Positions 1 to 11,900 of a stretch of DNA of 64,000 nt are shown in pieces. Made by a program: the position numbers and the translations under genes. Where the stretch lies: NCBI GenBank assembly GCA_000004985.1, contig GG738888.1; one strand, given 5' to 3'. How positions within the stretch are numbered: position 1 is the first letter of the stretch; every line of letters starts with the position of its first letter. Origin of the DNA: Naegleria gruberi. Lineage: Eukaryota. Below the pieces are notes generated by a model, which had not been told where the DNA came from, made no database searches, and worked only from the letters and a program-made list of their open reading frames with translations.

Positions 1-203
1 AGAAGAAGTTTTCTCTCTCGGGATGGAGACAGTATTAATTCTGTTTTTATTAGATAAATTTAATTGTTGTCAATGGTTAAAATAGTTGAATCAGGTGTGG
101 AAGGAAAAATATCCTTGAACGGGCTTGCTTTGGAAAAACAATTTCAAATGTCAGTTCTAACAGCGAACAATAGGAGATGTCATTTCAAAAAAATTAATTA
201 GAT

Positions 204-2549
204 TTGATGAAGTTGGTACAACGGGAGACTTATTGGTTTGCAGTGATGCAATTGATTCTACTAACATTTCTGTTAAAAATTGTTATTGCAGATTCGAATA
301 TTATTACTACAGTTTCGGATATTAACCAATTTAAAAAGTTACCATCCTCTATTACTATTGTGAACATTCCCTCTTATTATCATGTATTCATAAACATGAT
401 GGCATCTCTTGCCTCTGTTAATGGAACGAACCCTAGGCCGAAAGATATTATCAATAGATGGCAAGAATCAGGTTCATATTGTGTTTTAACACGCGATTTC
501 AATAATTTAGAGCCGAGCAAATCGTCCTTCAACTTACCTGATTCCCTATCGAACAGTACAACATTTAAGCAAGTTGGGGTAGACAATATTCCTGTGGAAA
601 TTGCACATTACTCTTACTCAATTCTTGAAAATGCTCCTTCTCTTGTGATAACACCTCCAGAAGTTTTGAGTAGATGGTTGTTGATTTTGAAAAATTCAGT
701 GTTTGAAAAGCAAGTAAGGTTGTCCTTATGGAATAGTACATTTAGTGATTCATTTACAATATTCCCCTTGTATGAAAGTCCGTCTTCCATTAGCTATGTG
801 CAATTGGATGAGGTAGTAAATGCAAAGGATATAATAGTGAGCGAACTAGAAGAATTAATATCAAACGATTTGGAAAAATTCAAGAAATATTATGAAATTA
901 ATATTGAGGAAGGAAAGGGATTGGGATATTCACCTATTCTTCAATATCAAACTTGTAATTCTTCATTTTCTAATTCTACACAAGTATTGGAGTATCACTT
1001 AGCTCTATTTAGGATTGATTTTTATTTGAATTTGATTTTAAGGAATAAGGATGTGATTAGTGTTGGAGCATTTACACAAGATGGGAAATACAAAACACAA
1101 ATCAAATTCATGGATGAAAGTGTCAGAAGCATTGATTATGCCTACTTAATTCAAGCCATTAGAAACATGCTTATTATTGGAAAGTTTGACTTGTATCTAT
1201 CCTTTTCTAATAATACAGCAACATTCTCTTTGGAGTACTACCAAAATTTAGAAAAGAAGGATTTGAAATCTATTTATCTGTTAATGGTCCACCCTGTTTG
1301 CTTTAGTTTTTACTTTGACTATGCAGATATTTACTATTTTAAAGATGGGCTATTCTTTCCAATTATTGTAAATGATGTTATTTACTTTGGCATTGCACTT
1401 TTTGGAATAATTCTATATCTTGCCAATATTGTGAGTTATCTGTTCAACTTTTTGCTGTTCATTAAGAAGAGAATTCTCTTGCCAATTATTGGACCTCCTT
1501 CTCTGATTGTTTTGAGCTTGTTTTTCACAATCTTAATCAGATCTAAACTTGCATCCGCTGGTTATTGGATTCAAATGATTATTGTTTTCTTCCCAGCTCC
1601 AGTATTAATTGGTAGTTATTTGGTGTGCCTGTATAGATTTGCCTACTTGAAGAATATTGATCTGTGCCACAAATATTGTTGTGAATCACTTAGGTTACAC
1701 AGATGTTTGACTTCTTCTCCACTTGCTGTTTTGTTTTCATTGATTTCAACTGTAGTTTGTTTCATAATTTGTCTCGTGCCAATAATTGCTGCAAGCGTTG
1801 CTCTAGCCTACTCATTCCTCAACCTCCCCCAGGAGATATTCATTACCATGTTTGCTATTGAAGTGATTTTCATATTGGTATGTGCTGGAATATTCTTCGT
1901 TGCTGATTTGGTTAGTAGTGGATTCAAAACCATTCGTAAGAAGGGAATTTCGTACTACCTCTTCTTTGACGATCCCATGGGATATAGAATTGATTTAATA
2001 TTGATGGTTGTTATGTTGATTTCAGTAATTCCAATAATTGCTGGCTCAGTTCAAGATACGACTTCATTCTTTGTGGTGAGAAAGATTGTCTCAATTATAT
2101 ATTTTGCCTTGTTTTATTTTGTTATTGGAGGAACTGTGACATTATCTTATTGGATTAATAGATTGAGAAATTTCAATGTGAAATCAGATTCAACCCAATT
2201 GGAAATTTACTTACGAGATGATGAATTCAGAAAGATCTTTAGAACGTATTGTGCTAATGAATATTCCACAGAAAATTTTATAATTTATGAAGATTTGGAA
2301 AACTTGGATGTGAAAGGAAAATGTACCGAGGAAGAAGTGAAAGAATTTCATCTCAAATACATGACCTCAACTTCTCAATTCGAAGTGAACTTTCCCTCCT
2401 TTGTGAAAAAACGATTTGAGGAAATTTTAGAACAATTAGAATCTCAAACCATCTCCAAACCAACGTCTCCATCAACAGCAAGTGTCAGCACCAACAATTT
2501 ATTGGAATCAGAATCAGTTTTTCTCACTACCAGTGCCATGGTACACTAA
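204..2549 (+). CDS. Seven-transmembrane receptor fused to a C-terminal RGS domain (GPCR-RGS fusion protein), single exon
   Basis: 781-aa ORF. N-terminal hydrophobic signal-like segment (MMKLVQRETYWFAVMQLILLTFLLKIVIA), about 300-aa luminal/extracellular region with N-glycosylation sequons, then 7-8 hydrophobic helices. C-terminus FRKIFRTYCANEYSTENFIIYEDLENL...KEFHLKYM matches the RGS fold signature (F..FL..E.S.EN..F). Architecture known from plant RGS1 and fungal GprK-type receptors. Confidence 0.6.
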   Translation: MMKLVQRETYWFAVMQLILLTFLLKIVIADSNIITTVSDINQFKKLPSSITIVNIPSYYHVFINMMASLASVNGTNPRPKDIINRWQESGSYCVLTRDFNNLEPSKSSFNLPDSLSNSTTFKQVGVDNIPVEIAHYSYSILENAPSLVITPPEVLSRWLLILKNSVFEKQVRLSLWNSTFSDSFTIFPLYESPSSISYVQLDEVVNAKDIIVSELEELISNDLEKFKKYYEINIEEGKGLGYSPILQYQTCNSSFSNSTQVLEYHLALFRIDFYLNLILRNKDVISVGAFTQDGKYKTQIKFMDESVRSIDYAYLIQAIRNMLIIGKFDLYLSFSNNTATFSLEYYQNLEKKDLKSIYLLMVHPVCFSFYFDYADIYYFKDGLFFPIIVNDVIYFGIALFGIILYLANIVSYLFNFLLFIKKRILLPIIGPPSLIVLSLFFTILIRSKLASAGYWIQMIIVFFPAPVLIGSYLVCLYRFAYLKNIDLCHKYCCESLRLHRCLTSSPLAVLFSLISTVVCFIICLVPIIAASVALAYSFLNLPQEIFITMFAIEVIFILVCAGIFFVADLVSSGFKTIRKKGISYYLFFDDPMGYRIDLILMVVMLISVIPIIAGSVQDTTSFFVVRKIVSIIYFALFYFVIGGTVTLSYWINRLRNFNVKSDSTQLEIYLRDDEFRKIFRTYCANEYSTENFIIYEDLENLDVKGKCTEEEVKEFHLKYMTSTSQFEVNFPSFVKKRFEEILEQLESQTISKPTSPSTASVSTNNLLESESVFLTTSAMVH

Positions 2550-3010
2550 CTCGCCAACAGAGCTTTATCAAAAAAACGATATCTTCAAAGGAGATTACGA
2601 CTCTCCTTCTTCCAGAAGTACTAAGAAACCTCATCGACACCTTCTCTCGAATGGAGCACACTCACGAATTTAAACAGTGGAAAGCATTACAGAATTTTAA
2701 AGCAAAGCAAATGGGACTGATTGGAAAGGTTATGCAATAGTTTTAGGTACATGGAGAGCTCAATAACAAATGAATAATTGCATTATAACATTATAACTGA
2801 AAGATTCATAACCGCGCTTTACAGGACATGCTAAATTCCACAAACAGACCTAATCTCGTGTCTAAAATTCCAAAAACGTTGCCATAATCAACAACAGATT
2901 TCTTTTCCAAATTTTAATTTTAAAAATGTCATCTTTTTAAAGATTAGATCTAACCATTTTAGAAAAAGAAGATTTGAGAGATTCACAACAAAAGCAAATC
3001 ATAATAAAAT

Positions 3011-3406
3011 ATGCAAGCTCAGATAACTAAACCAGAGGAAACCGTTAGAAACACATCAAAACTAAGTAAATATTGCACTTTTGACAAGGTAGAATTTGCT
3101 GGCATGAATATGTTTGGTGTAATAAAGAACAGAAAGAGAAGCACACTTGCTTATGAACAAGTCTTCTTGTTGGATACTAATGCTCACTCTGTAGCAAGCG
3201 ATCCACAATATGTCAAAAGAAAAGAAACTAAACCTTTCAAAACAAAAGCTAAAGTAGTAAATTATTCACCCTCTATCAATTACTCTGTAACTCACTCAAA
3301 TGAATTGAAACAAACTAAAATCCAAGAGATTAATGTTGTACCAGTTTCTAACCAGCAGCCAAAAAAGGAGAGAAGAATGTTGTCTTTTCAAGAATTACTA
3401 AACTAA
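3011..3406 (+). CDS. Hypothetical small basic protein (131 aa), no recognisable domain
   Basis: Isolated ATG-initiated ORF in an intergenic slot between two convergent genes. Only coding evidence is ORF length and K/R-rich composition. Confidence 0.25.
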   Translation: MQAQITKPEETVRNTSKLSKYCTFDKVEFAGMNMFGVIKNRKRSTLAYEQVFLLDTNAHSVASDPQYVKRKETKPFKTKAKVVNYSPSINYSVTHSNELKQTKIQEINVVPVSNQQPKKERRMLSFQELLN

Positions 3407-3423
3407 ATTGCTTTATGAACTGT

Positions 3424-5523
3424 TTATTTTCTCAACCGTTTCATGAATGCTGCCTTGATCTTTGATAACTTTTTAGAGGTTGATGAATGTGCATGTGAAG
3501 GGCTCGATTCATCTCCATAAAGACTTTTCGTCGACATTCGGTTACTTGGAGAAACTGAATCATCGATTGAAATATTTAGAGAATCAGTGTTTGGTGGAGG
3601 ATTACTGAAGAGATTGTGAGTGGAACGTTGGCTCTTTCTCCAAGAGAAGGATCCTGACTTGGTAATTTGTTTTGGTTTGGTCTTCTTTCTTTCAATTGTT
3701 TTGATATTCTTCAAACCATTTTGTAAGGTATTTGAGAAGGTTTGCATTATTTGTTGCATGTGTTGTTGAGGAAGCTGATATTCCTTCAGGATTGCCTTGC
3801 AGGAATCTTCTGGAATATTTCCAAGTTTATCCTTAGCGTAGTAGAGAGTCCCTAATGCTGTGCTGGTGTGGCCTGAGAGTGATTCAACAAAATCAATTGT
3901 TGATTCCAGGCATGAAATATATCTTTGATGTGTAATAAATGTCTCAATTTCAACATTTGAAATGACTGATCTCGAACTAAACATTGAAGAAACAGAGTTT
4001 CTATCAACAGGTCGATCCGACATGGTATCCAATTGAATCAAGTGTCTCGAAATCCATGAGGCAGCTTGTTTGGCACATCCTTCGATTGCTAAGTGTATTA
4101 AATTTCTCTGTTGTTGATCAGTTTCTGTGACAAGGAGGTTGACAAACCTGTCTGTTCCTGTTGTGGCGCAATAATCCTTTAGGAATTGAGATAAAGTGGA
4201 GAAGGCCTTCATATCATTTAGAACAACACATTCCATAATGATATTTCTTCCGAATGAGTTCTTTTGGAGGAAACTCTTCTCGAATGTATCCACACCAAAA
4301 ATTAAAGTTCCTTTGAAAAGGAAGGTTGCAAAAAACATCTTTTCTTCTTCCACAATCTCATTGTTTGCATTAACATTTTGTTGACTCGAATAATTGCTAT
4401 TTCCCAAACTTCCTACAGAAAATGATCCTCCAGAGCTGACGCTACCATTCAGGTAGCTTTCGTTATCTGAAACTAAGGATCCTAACATGAACTTGTCAGT
4501 TGAGTCAGCAAACTCTAAATCAGAAATTGTGTCAGTTCTCTTCTTTCTTCTTCTTCCACCTCTACTGTCGCTGAGTAAGGAGAAAAGTGGATTTTCTTCC
4601 CTTTGGTTTTTCCTTAACAATAAATTAGGTTTAATTTTTGCCAAGTATTCAACCATTTGAATGTCCTTTTCTCTGACAGCATAGTGAAGTAATGTCTCAC
4701 TATTTCCAACAAGAACGTCCACTTTAGCTCCAAATAATTGAAGAAGGTCGCAAAGGTCGTAATCTTTTCTTTTAAGAGCAATATAGAGAGGGAGGTATCC
4801 ATACTTGTCATGTTGAGTGTTCAATTGATCTTGAACACATTTAAAACTACACAAATAAACACAAGCATCTTGTGCTCCGGATTGACAAGCATAGAAAATT
4901 GGGGTAGCGTCATGATTATCGGTTGCTAAAAGTAATTGATTTACAAGTGGGGATCTAGGGGAGGATGATTCAGTAAAATTGGATTCTTCGAATGGTGATT
5001 GTTGTGCATCAATGTGGTGAGCAACTTCTCCAGTTAACAGCCATTGCAAAATATCAACTTGATTCGATTTTGCAGCAATATGGACCAAGTTACAATCTTG
5101 ATGTTCTGGGAATGTAGTATAGAGCAACATGTACCTGACATCTGCTGTCAAATCAGTTGCTGTCTGATTGAGAACACTATTCGCCAGCAATGAAGATGAT
5201 GAAGATAGCGAACCACAAGTACTCTTTCTATTCGATTGATATTCTTTAGCCATATTCTGTAAACTTTCTTGAATGAATTTCAAATCTCCTCTCAGACATG
5301 CATCATAGAGCATGGCCTTGACAAAATCCTCTTCAGTTGTCATGCCATTAGCTCCAGCAATTGTAGGAGGCGATGAAGAATTAGGTTCAGATAAGTAATT
5401 ATTCGGCGAAGACAATGTTCTATGATGAATAGTACCACTACTATCTTGTCTTTCTAAACTAATTTCAGGGACTGGAATGATACCAACAAATGAGTTGGCA
5501 TCGAAAGTTTCAAATTCAGTCAT
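3424..5523 (-). CDS. Ankyrin-repeat protein with S-rich low-complexity linkers
   Basis: 699-aa ORF. Repeated ankyrin-like units (e.g. NLVHIAAKSNQVDILQWLL, TPIFYACQSGAQDACVYL, LPLYIALKRKDYDLCDLLQLFGAKVD, TLLHYAVREKDIQMVEYL, NLIHLAIEGCAKQAASWI). ATG at 5523 is followed upstream by an AT-rich promoter region. Confidence 0.6.
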   Translation of the reverse strand: MTEFETFDANSFVGIIPVPEISLERQDSSGTIHHRTLSSPNNYLSEPNSSSPPTIAGANGMTTEEDFVKAMLYDACLRGDLKFIQESLQNMAKEYQSNRKSTCGSLSSSSSLLANSVLNQTATDLTADVRYMLLYTTFPEHQDCNLVHIAAKSNQVDILQWLLTGEVAHHIDAQQSPFEESNFTESSSPRSPLVNQLLLATDNHDATPIFYACQSGAQDACVYLCSFKCVQDQLNTQHDKYGYLPLYIALKRKDYDLCDLLQLFGAKVDVLVGNSETLLHYAVREKDIQMVEYLAKIKPNLLLRKNQREENPLFSLLSDSRGGRRRKKRTDTISDLEFADSTDKFMLGSLVSDNESYLNGSVSSGGSFSVGSLGNSNYSSQQNVNANNEIVEEEKMFFATFLFKGTLIFGVDTFEKSFLQKNSFGRNIIMECVVLNDMKAFSTLSQFLKDYCATTGTDRFVNLLVTETDQQQRNLIHLAIEGCAKQAASWISRHLIQLDTMSDRPVDRNSVSSMFSSRSVISNVEIETFITHQRYISCLESTIDFVESLSGHTSTALGTLYYAKDKLGNIPEDSCKAILKEYQLPQQHMQQIMQTFSNTLQNGLKNIKTIERKKTKPKQITKSGSFSWRKSQRSTHNLFSNPPPNTDSLNISIDDSVSPSNRMSTKSLYGDESSPSHAHSSTSKKLSKIKAAFMKRLRK

Positions 5524-6799
5524 TTTCTGTTTGTTATTTGTTTTGATTATGAATTTAAATTATATATATATTAATATAATAGATGATGATGAAGAAGACA
5601 GTTATCTACAGGATTAATCTAGAAAGTCCCGACGGGTCAGTGAATGAGACTAAATGGTTAATGAATTTACAAGAGTCAGAGTCGATAATGTCTTTGACAC
5701 AACTTTAGGTTCCTAGGGAAAGTTAGAGTCTATTTTTCTATATATATTGCCAATGATGAAATAAATACTACAAAGTTGAGAGAGTCAGCTTCAGCTTTGG
5801 TTTAAGTCTTTTTAGAGTTTGTTTTTCAGTTACTTTTTTCGAGTTGTTGGAAATTTTTTCAAAAGTGGAAATCCTCAAAAATGGAGTAAAAAAAAGTAGC
5901 GACAAGGACAATGTGATTTAAAGCTTCCTGAACGGGTTGATGATTAATGCTCTGCAGCTTCTTGATTAGCGGATGATATTATGATAACCTATAGAGCGCG
6001 TATATTTGGATGTTGTTGTTAGATTGTTTTTTTTCTAATATTCAAAGATTGTATGTTGTGACCAATTCGATGAAAACATGTTTAAAATTTGCAATAATTG
6101 ATGACTATTTGGTAAATTAATTTCGGAGACTCGAATCATTGATGTGATGAAAGATGATCAGTTTGAACCAACAGATCGAAAACATTGCCTACTTTGCTGA
6201 AACGATCGAGTTGCTTGATTCAGGTCGCTCATCAAGCTGTGCACAAATTTATTCCAATCAACATCTTTTGCAGGTTTATTAAAACGCTTTTGGGATGAAG
6301 GTTGAGAGCACAATGCTATGTAAGAGCAATGGAATTTTGTTTATTGTTGGTATATTCGGTTGACTTGTTAATATTCGGTTGGTTTCACTTCAATACATTA
6401 CAAGTGGTCAACTGGTAGTAGTGGGCGTTGTCCATCTATTTGGTTGGAAGGTGGTGTTCATTTAGAGTTTAGATTCTTAAGAGGATTTGAGGTTACCTTA
6501 TAAAACAGATCCAAGATAATATTTGTTTAAAAGGAAGATTGGCGTTTCCTATTTCTCTCTCAACCCAATTTCACATTCTTTAAGAAAGTTAGACCTTTAA
6601 TTGCTGTCAACTACAATTAGAGCTCTAACTTGTTGAACTATCAATTGAGCTTTGTCAAAACCCTTATTATTATCTGAACATTATTATAATAACCACAGAT
6701 TTCTCCTCATTCCTTAGTAAAATAGGTTGGGACCACAACACTCATGGTGTGATGATTATTGTCCGTACTCCCTAGTAATACCTCCACACTCTCTACTAG
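5524..6799. promoter_or_regulatory. About 1.3-kb divergent intergenic/promoter region between the ankyrin gene (-) and the MFS transporter gene (+)
   Basis: No long ORF. AT-rich with TATATATA stretches near 5560-5760. Flanked by the two 5' ends of divergently transcribed genes. Confidence 0.4.
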
Positions 6800-8897
6800 A
6801 TGTTGAAAACAACAAATATACTCACAGAAGAAGTGAACGAGAAAAACACAAAAAAATGGATAATAACCCTACACTGCAGAATAGTGATGAGGAATTCTCA
6901 AGGAAGAACACAACCCCATGGAGTTGATGAAGAAAATAATGAAATATTGCCTTCTTCTCATCAAGAGAGGGAAGAAGAGCAGGAGAATGAGAAGGTTGTT
7001 ACACCACTGCCCAAGCTACCAATGATTATGATTTCTATGATTATTATATCGGAAGCTGTTGGGTATGCATTGTTGTATCCTGTGGTTCCATTCATGGTGA
7101 GGGACTTTCTTGTGTATGAACATCAGAATGTGGTGGCACAGAATCAGTCAATTAGTTCTTCAATGGTTGGGTTTTTACCTAATTTTGGATTGAATAGATT
7201 GTATCCGATTGCAACATTTGGAAATGATTTTAGAAATGATTTTGTGGAGAGATTTTCAGTGTTGAATAATGGAAATTTTACATTTAATTCTACATTTAAT
7301 TCAACATTAAATGGAACAGAGCCAATTTTTGAGATACCTGAAGAAACTGTTGGATTAATGATTGGAGCACTTTCGTCTGCATTTTCAGCTGCACAACTCC
7401 TTTCTAATTGGTTCATAGCTAGAGCTAGTGATCATGTTGGGAGAAAACCACTCCTATTGCTGGGTTTAGTGTTTAATATTATATTCATGAGTATATTTTC
7501 AGTTTCTAGGAGTTTTTGGTTTGCATTGGCGATTAGAATTTCACATGGTTTATTGAATGCCAATATTCCAATTTACAAATCCTTCTTGATGGATATTAGT
7601 GATTCTACTAATCAGGAAAAGGCATTTGTTATTATTTCAATTTTGGTAAGTTGATACTGATATAATATTTAATTTCTAAATGCTTAATTCTTCAAACATG
7701 TAATTACTTTATTGAATATTCAAACAGTGGAGTTGTAGTAATATTGTAACTCCAGGTATAGGAGGTTTTTTGGTAAATTTTGCAGAGAAATTTCCAGTTC
7801 TTTTCGGTGGAGAGCAATCATCTCTTTACAAATTCTTTAGTGAAAATCCTTTCATTCTTCCATTCTCAATTCCTGTATTGATGAATGTTGTTACACTTGT
7901 ACTTTCAGTTTTCCTTTTGAAAGAGTCCCTTGCCAAACGATTTGATTTTGTAAATTGGTTCAAAACCAAGTTGGGAAAAAAGAAGGAAAACATGGTGGTT
8001 GAATTGGTGGAAACTGCTGATAATCACACGATTGTGGACGATTCAAAGGATAATCTGATTAAATTATCAGAACATGAAACACAAGAAACTGGTGGTGGTA
8101 GCAAACCTAGCTCACAAAATAGTATGCTCATGCTTTTGAAAGATTCTACAGTTGTGAAAGTTGTTTCCCTCTATCTCTTCTTGGGTATTTTTACTAATTT
8201 GGCGGATGAGCTTGTTCCAAGTAAGTATTTTCAATTAATCACTGGATCTTATGCTAACCTATTTCAAGTTTTCTTCAGTAATTCAGTTAAAAAGAGAGGT
8301 TTAGGATTGGATTCACTCATAATTGGATTAATTCTTTCAGTTGGTGGTGTCACTTCACTAGTCATGCTAATTATCTATCCATTGCTTTCTAAAAAGTTTG
8401 GCTTTTTGTGGCTCTATAGAATCGGGTTAGTGATCTATGGTATCTCCATGTTGATCCTTCCGTTCTCCACTGAAATGATTCGATTTGATTTCATTTTCTG
8501 GGTGGTTTTGGTATTTGTAACATTCTTTATATTTATCAAGAGCTGCTCTCACTCAATGGTTTATACTTCTCAATTCCTGATGATTAATAATGCCTCTCCA
8601 TCACCAGAACATATTGGATCTATGAACGGATTGGGACATATTTGTGCATCGATTGGATGGGCTATTGGACCTTTCTTGTGTGGAGTATTAGTGGATGTTG
8701 GATTGAAATTTTCAAGAGATATCGAGACAGCAGATCCAGATTCATTCTTTGCTAAAGTTCCATTTGTTGACAAGTTGAGCTTTATTGTTTGTTCATTGAT
8801 TTGCTTTTTCAATTTAGGACTTTCGTTTACAGTACCCAAGTCGAGTGTCACAACAAGAAGATATGAAAATCCATCTAAAAAGATTGAGCAAGCTTAA
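6800..8897 (+). CDS. Major facilitator superfamily (MFS) transporter, 2 exons: 6800(or Met at 6887)..7645 and 7728..8897
   Basis: Two track ORFs (6800..7654, 7770..8897) joined by an 82-nt intron: donor TTG|GTAAGT at 7646, acceptor AAACAG| at 7727, frames match. Twelve-helix-type hydrophobic profile. MFS loop motif GRKPLLLLGL between TM2/TM3 and WAIGPFLCG-like motif in the C-terminal half. Start codon ambiguous. Confidence 0.6.
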
Positions 8898-8955
8898 GGA
8901 ATGACAATATATTTAAACAGTATAGTTATCAAAAGGAACTAAATTTAATAGTAAT

Positions 8956-11900
8956 TTATTCGAAACGTTCCAACATTAATTCCAACTTGGTCAAAATTTC
9001 ATCAATGGTTGGTCTTTCTTTTGGATCTTTTCTCCATGCCCGTTTAATTAATTCTGTAATTTCATAAATTATTTCATAACAGTTAACATGTGAATTATTC
9101 GTTTCAGACAGGAATTCCCCACACCACTCTCTACATTCACCAATATCTGAGAATGGAATTATTGGTCTCAGATCTCCCTCACAGATACTCTTATGGAAAT
9201 GGTAAGTACTATTAAATGTATTTGCTTTTGATAACTTTAACTTTTTTAGAACTTTTGAATCGGTACTTTGATAAGGTTCCATAATTTCGAATAAAAGTTG
9301 CCACATAATTATGGACAAACTATAGATATCTATTGATCTAGCATCATCTCTTCCAATTTCACCTGAAAATAGCTCAGGACTCATGTAATTAAAAGTTCCA
9401 ATTTGTGAAGTAACTGCTGACATGGTATGAGAAGAGAATGCTCTTCCTAAACCAAAATCAGCCAATTTGGCAGTTCCATTTTTATCCAACAGAATATTTG
9501 CAGGTTTCAAATCTCTAAATAAAATTAAATTATGTTAATCCTCTTCTTAGAAAACTTACCTGTGAACAATATAATTTGGTTCCAAATGATGAAGATAATT
9601 AATACCACTTGCGACATTGACCAAAATCTCAAGTTTTTGTTTCAACGAACACTTTAAATAACCTCTTTGCAAAGAAGCAATTAAATTTTCCAAACTCTTA
9701 TCCATACATTCCATACATATAAATCTCTTTGTTGGGGTGGATGAAACTCCGTAAAATGAAATAATATTGGGATTTCTTAAATTGCTTAATAGAATTGCCT
9801 CATTCTTGAAATCATTTTCTGAAATATCCATATTATTCAAATCGAATACTTTGACAGCAACTAACATGCCATGGTATCTGGTTTGGAAAACACATCCAAT
9901 TCCTCCTTCTCCCAGTCTCTGAATAGGTTGATAATATTCAGCAATATTTGAAAACTTACTCTTATTGGTTTATCCATATTTAATTGCTCAATTGGAATTA
10001 TAAACTTATTCTCCTCATCAGAGCTATGATGTGAATCAATATTTGTAGAATCGTACAATTCAGTTTGTGTCAGTAATCTTTCGTCCAATTTGAGATCAGT
10101 ATTAATAATCCTTTTGTATTTTTTGAAAATGAAAATCAAGATGATTGAAATAATTGAGATAATTACTGTAAAGAATCCAACCAATCCAAGTACTACTCCT
10201 AACACTATAATATTACTTTCACAATTCTCTCCATTGAATCCTTCTTTACATTGACAAGTATTGTATTTAACACATTTTCCATTTTCACTACATGCCTTTG
10301 ATCCAGATTCTCCAAAACAAATTGGAATTTCACAATTAGATCCCTTGTATCCATTCTTACATTCACAAACATTTGGTGAAATACATGAACCATTCGAAGA
10401 ACAAACACTTGATTGATCACTTGAGATGCCAAAACATATTGGTACTTTACATTCCATTCCACTATATGCTGAGCTACATTCACACTTGTTAAAATTAATA
10501 CATGTTCCATTTCCATAATTGCAAGAGTGACTCTCATTGGCAGCTTTTCCAAAACACACTGGAATGCACTCGACCATATTCGTACTGAGAATGAAACCTT
10601 CCTGACAATAGGGCTTCATCTTTTGTATAATGTTAAGTTTGGAATCTGCAACATAAATTTCTCCCTTTCCATCATTCGAGAATGAAATTCCTTCTGGAAT
10701 TCCCAATGAAACATCATTTGCTGGTGATTCCTTTAATGAATAAGAAGATCCTTTTCCACCTCCAGCTATTGTTGAAATTATTCCATTTCGAATTCGTCTA
10801 ATACGATAGTTTTTAGAATCTGAAAAGACAATGTCTTCGTATGGAGAAATAATTTTCAAATAAGTGGGTGAATTAATTTGTGCCTTAATTGCCAAATCCT
10901 CATCTCCAGAAAAGCCTGCAATTCCATTTCCCGCCAAGGTTGATATAGTGCCATTTTTGTGAATAACTCTGATTCTGTGATTATTTGTATCTGAAAATAT
11001 GAGATTTCCTGTCGATTCTGAATAAACAATGCCTGAAGGATATGCTAAGGATGCTTGTGTAGCATAAATATTATCCAAGTTAAACCCATAGCCTCCATTT
11101 CCAGCTATTGTCGAAATAATTCCATTTCTAATTAATCTTATTAAATTGTTTTTCACATCTGTCAAGTAAATATCATTATTTGGAGCAACAGAGATACCAA
11201 GACAGTTTCCAATAGCATTTTCTGAAGGACCAAAGTCGCCAATTCCTCCTGCTAATGAATGAATGACATTGTTACCTGGATAATAAACTCTTAATCTATC
11301 ATTTCTATTGTCAGAAATTAGTACACGTTCTATTCCTCCTTCATCAACATACGAATGTACAAACACTGGCCCATTTAGTTTTGCCACAAGCGCATTTCCT
11401 CCATCTCCCTCTAAACCTGGAAACCCTGTTTGGCCTACCACAGTTCTAATAGTGAAATCACTTATTGAAATTGCTCTAATTTTGTTATTGAAAGTATCTA
11501 AAGTTCGATAATTATTAGAACACAAAGTCAAAGACAAAACCTACCTGCAATATAGATGGCTGTAACTCCAAAACTAATACTGTGAGGATAGAATAACTCA
11601 CTGTTAATTGCTGGTCCCTCATCACCTCCACTTCCATCAACACTTGATCCTGCAATAGTTTTCACAATGAAATTGGGAATTAATAATCTTATTCTATGGT
11701 TGAACGTATCTGCAACTAATATTCCCATTGTAACCGTAAAAACCACGTCCATTGGTGAGTTGAGTTGGGTTTCCAGTAGTAATTTACCATCACCATTAAA
11801 ACCTGGTATGCCTGTACCAGCAAAAGTTTTAACAGATTTGGTAGTTATTGAAATGGACCTTATCATGTGATTTCCTGAATCGGCAACATAGACATGTCCA

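Noticed and set aside
380-586. Short antisense or out-of-frame ORFs (60-150 aa) nested inside large genes, e.g. 380..586, 4196..4384, 4614..4929, 7144..7416, 8570..8851, 10205..10552, 11308..11511, 11667..11870, 12090..12329, 19745..20034, 20405..20779, 26514..26998, 30018..30941, 33091..34123, 34581..35051, 40424..40657, 42215..42581, 47552..48468, 50261..51191, 51906..52196, 52896..53099, 53534..53921
   Set aside because: All lie wholly within, and opposite to or out of frame with, much longer ORFs that carry recognisable domains. Low-complexity or AT-rich coding sequence generates such shadow ORFs by chance.
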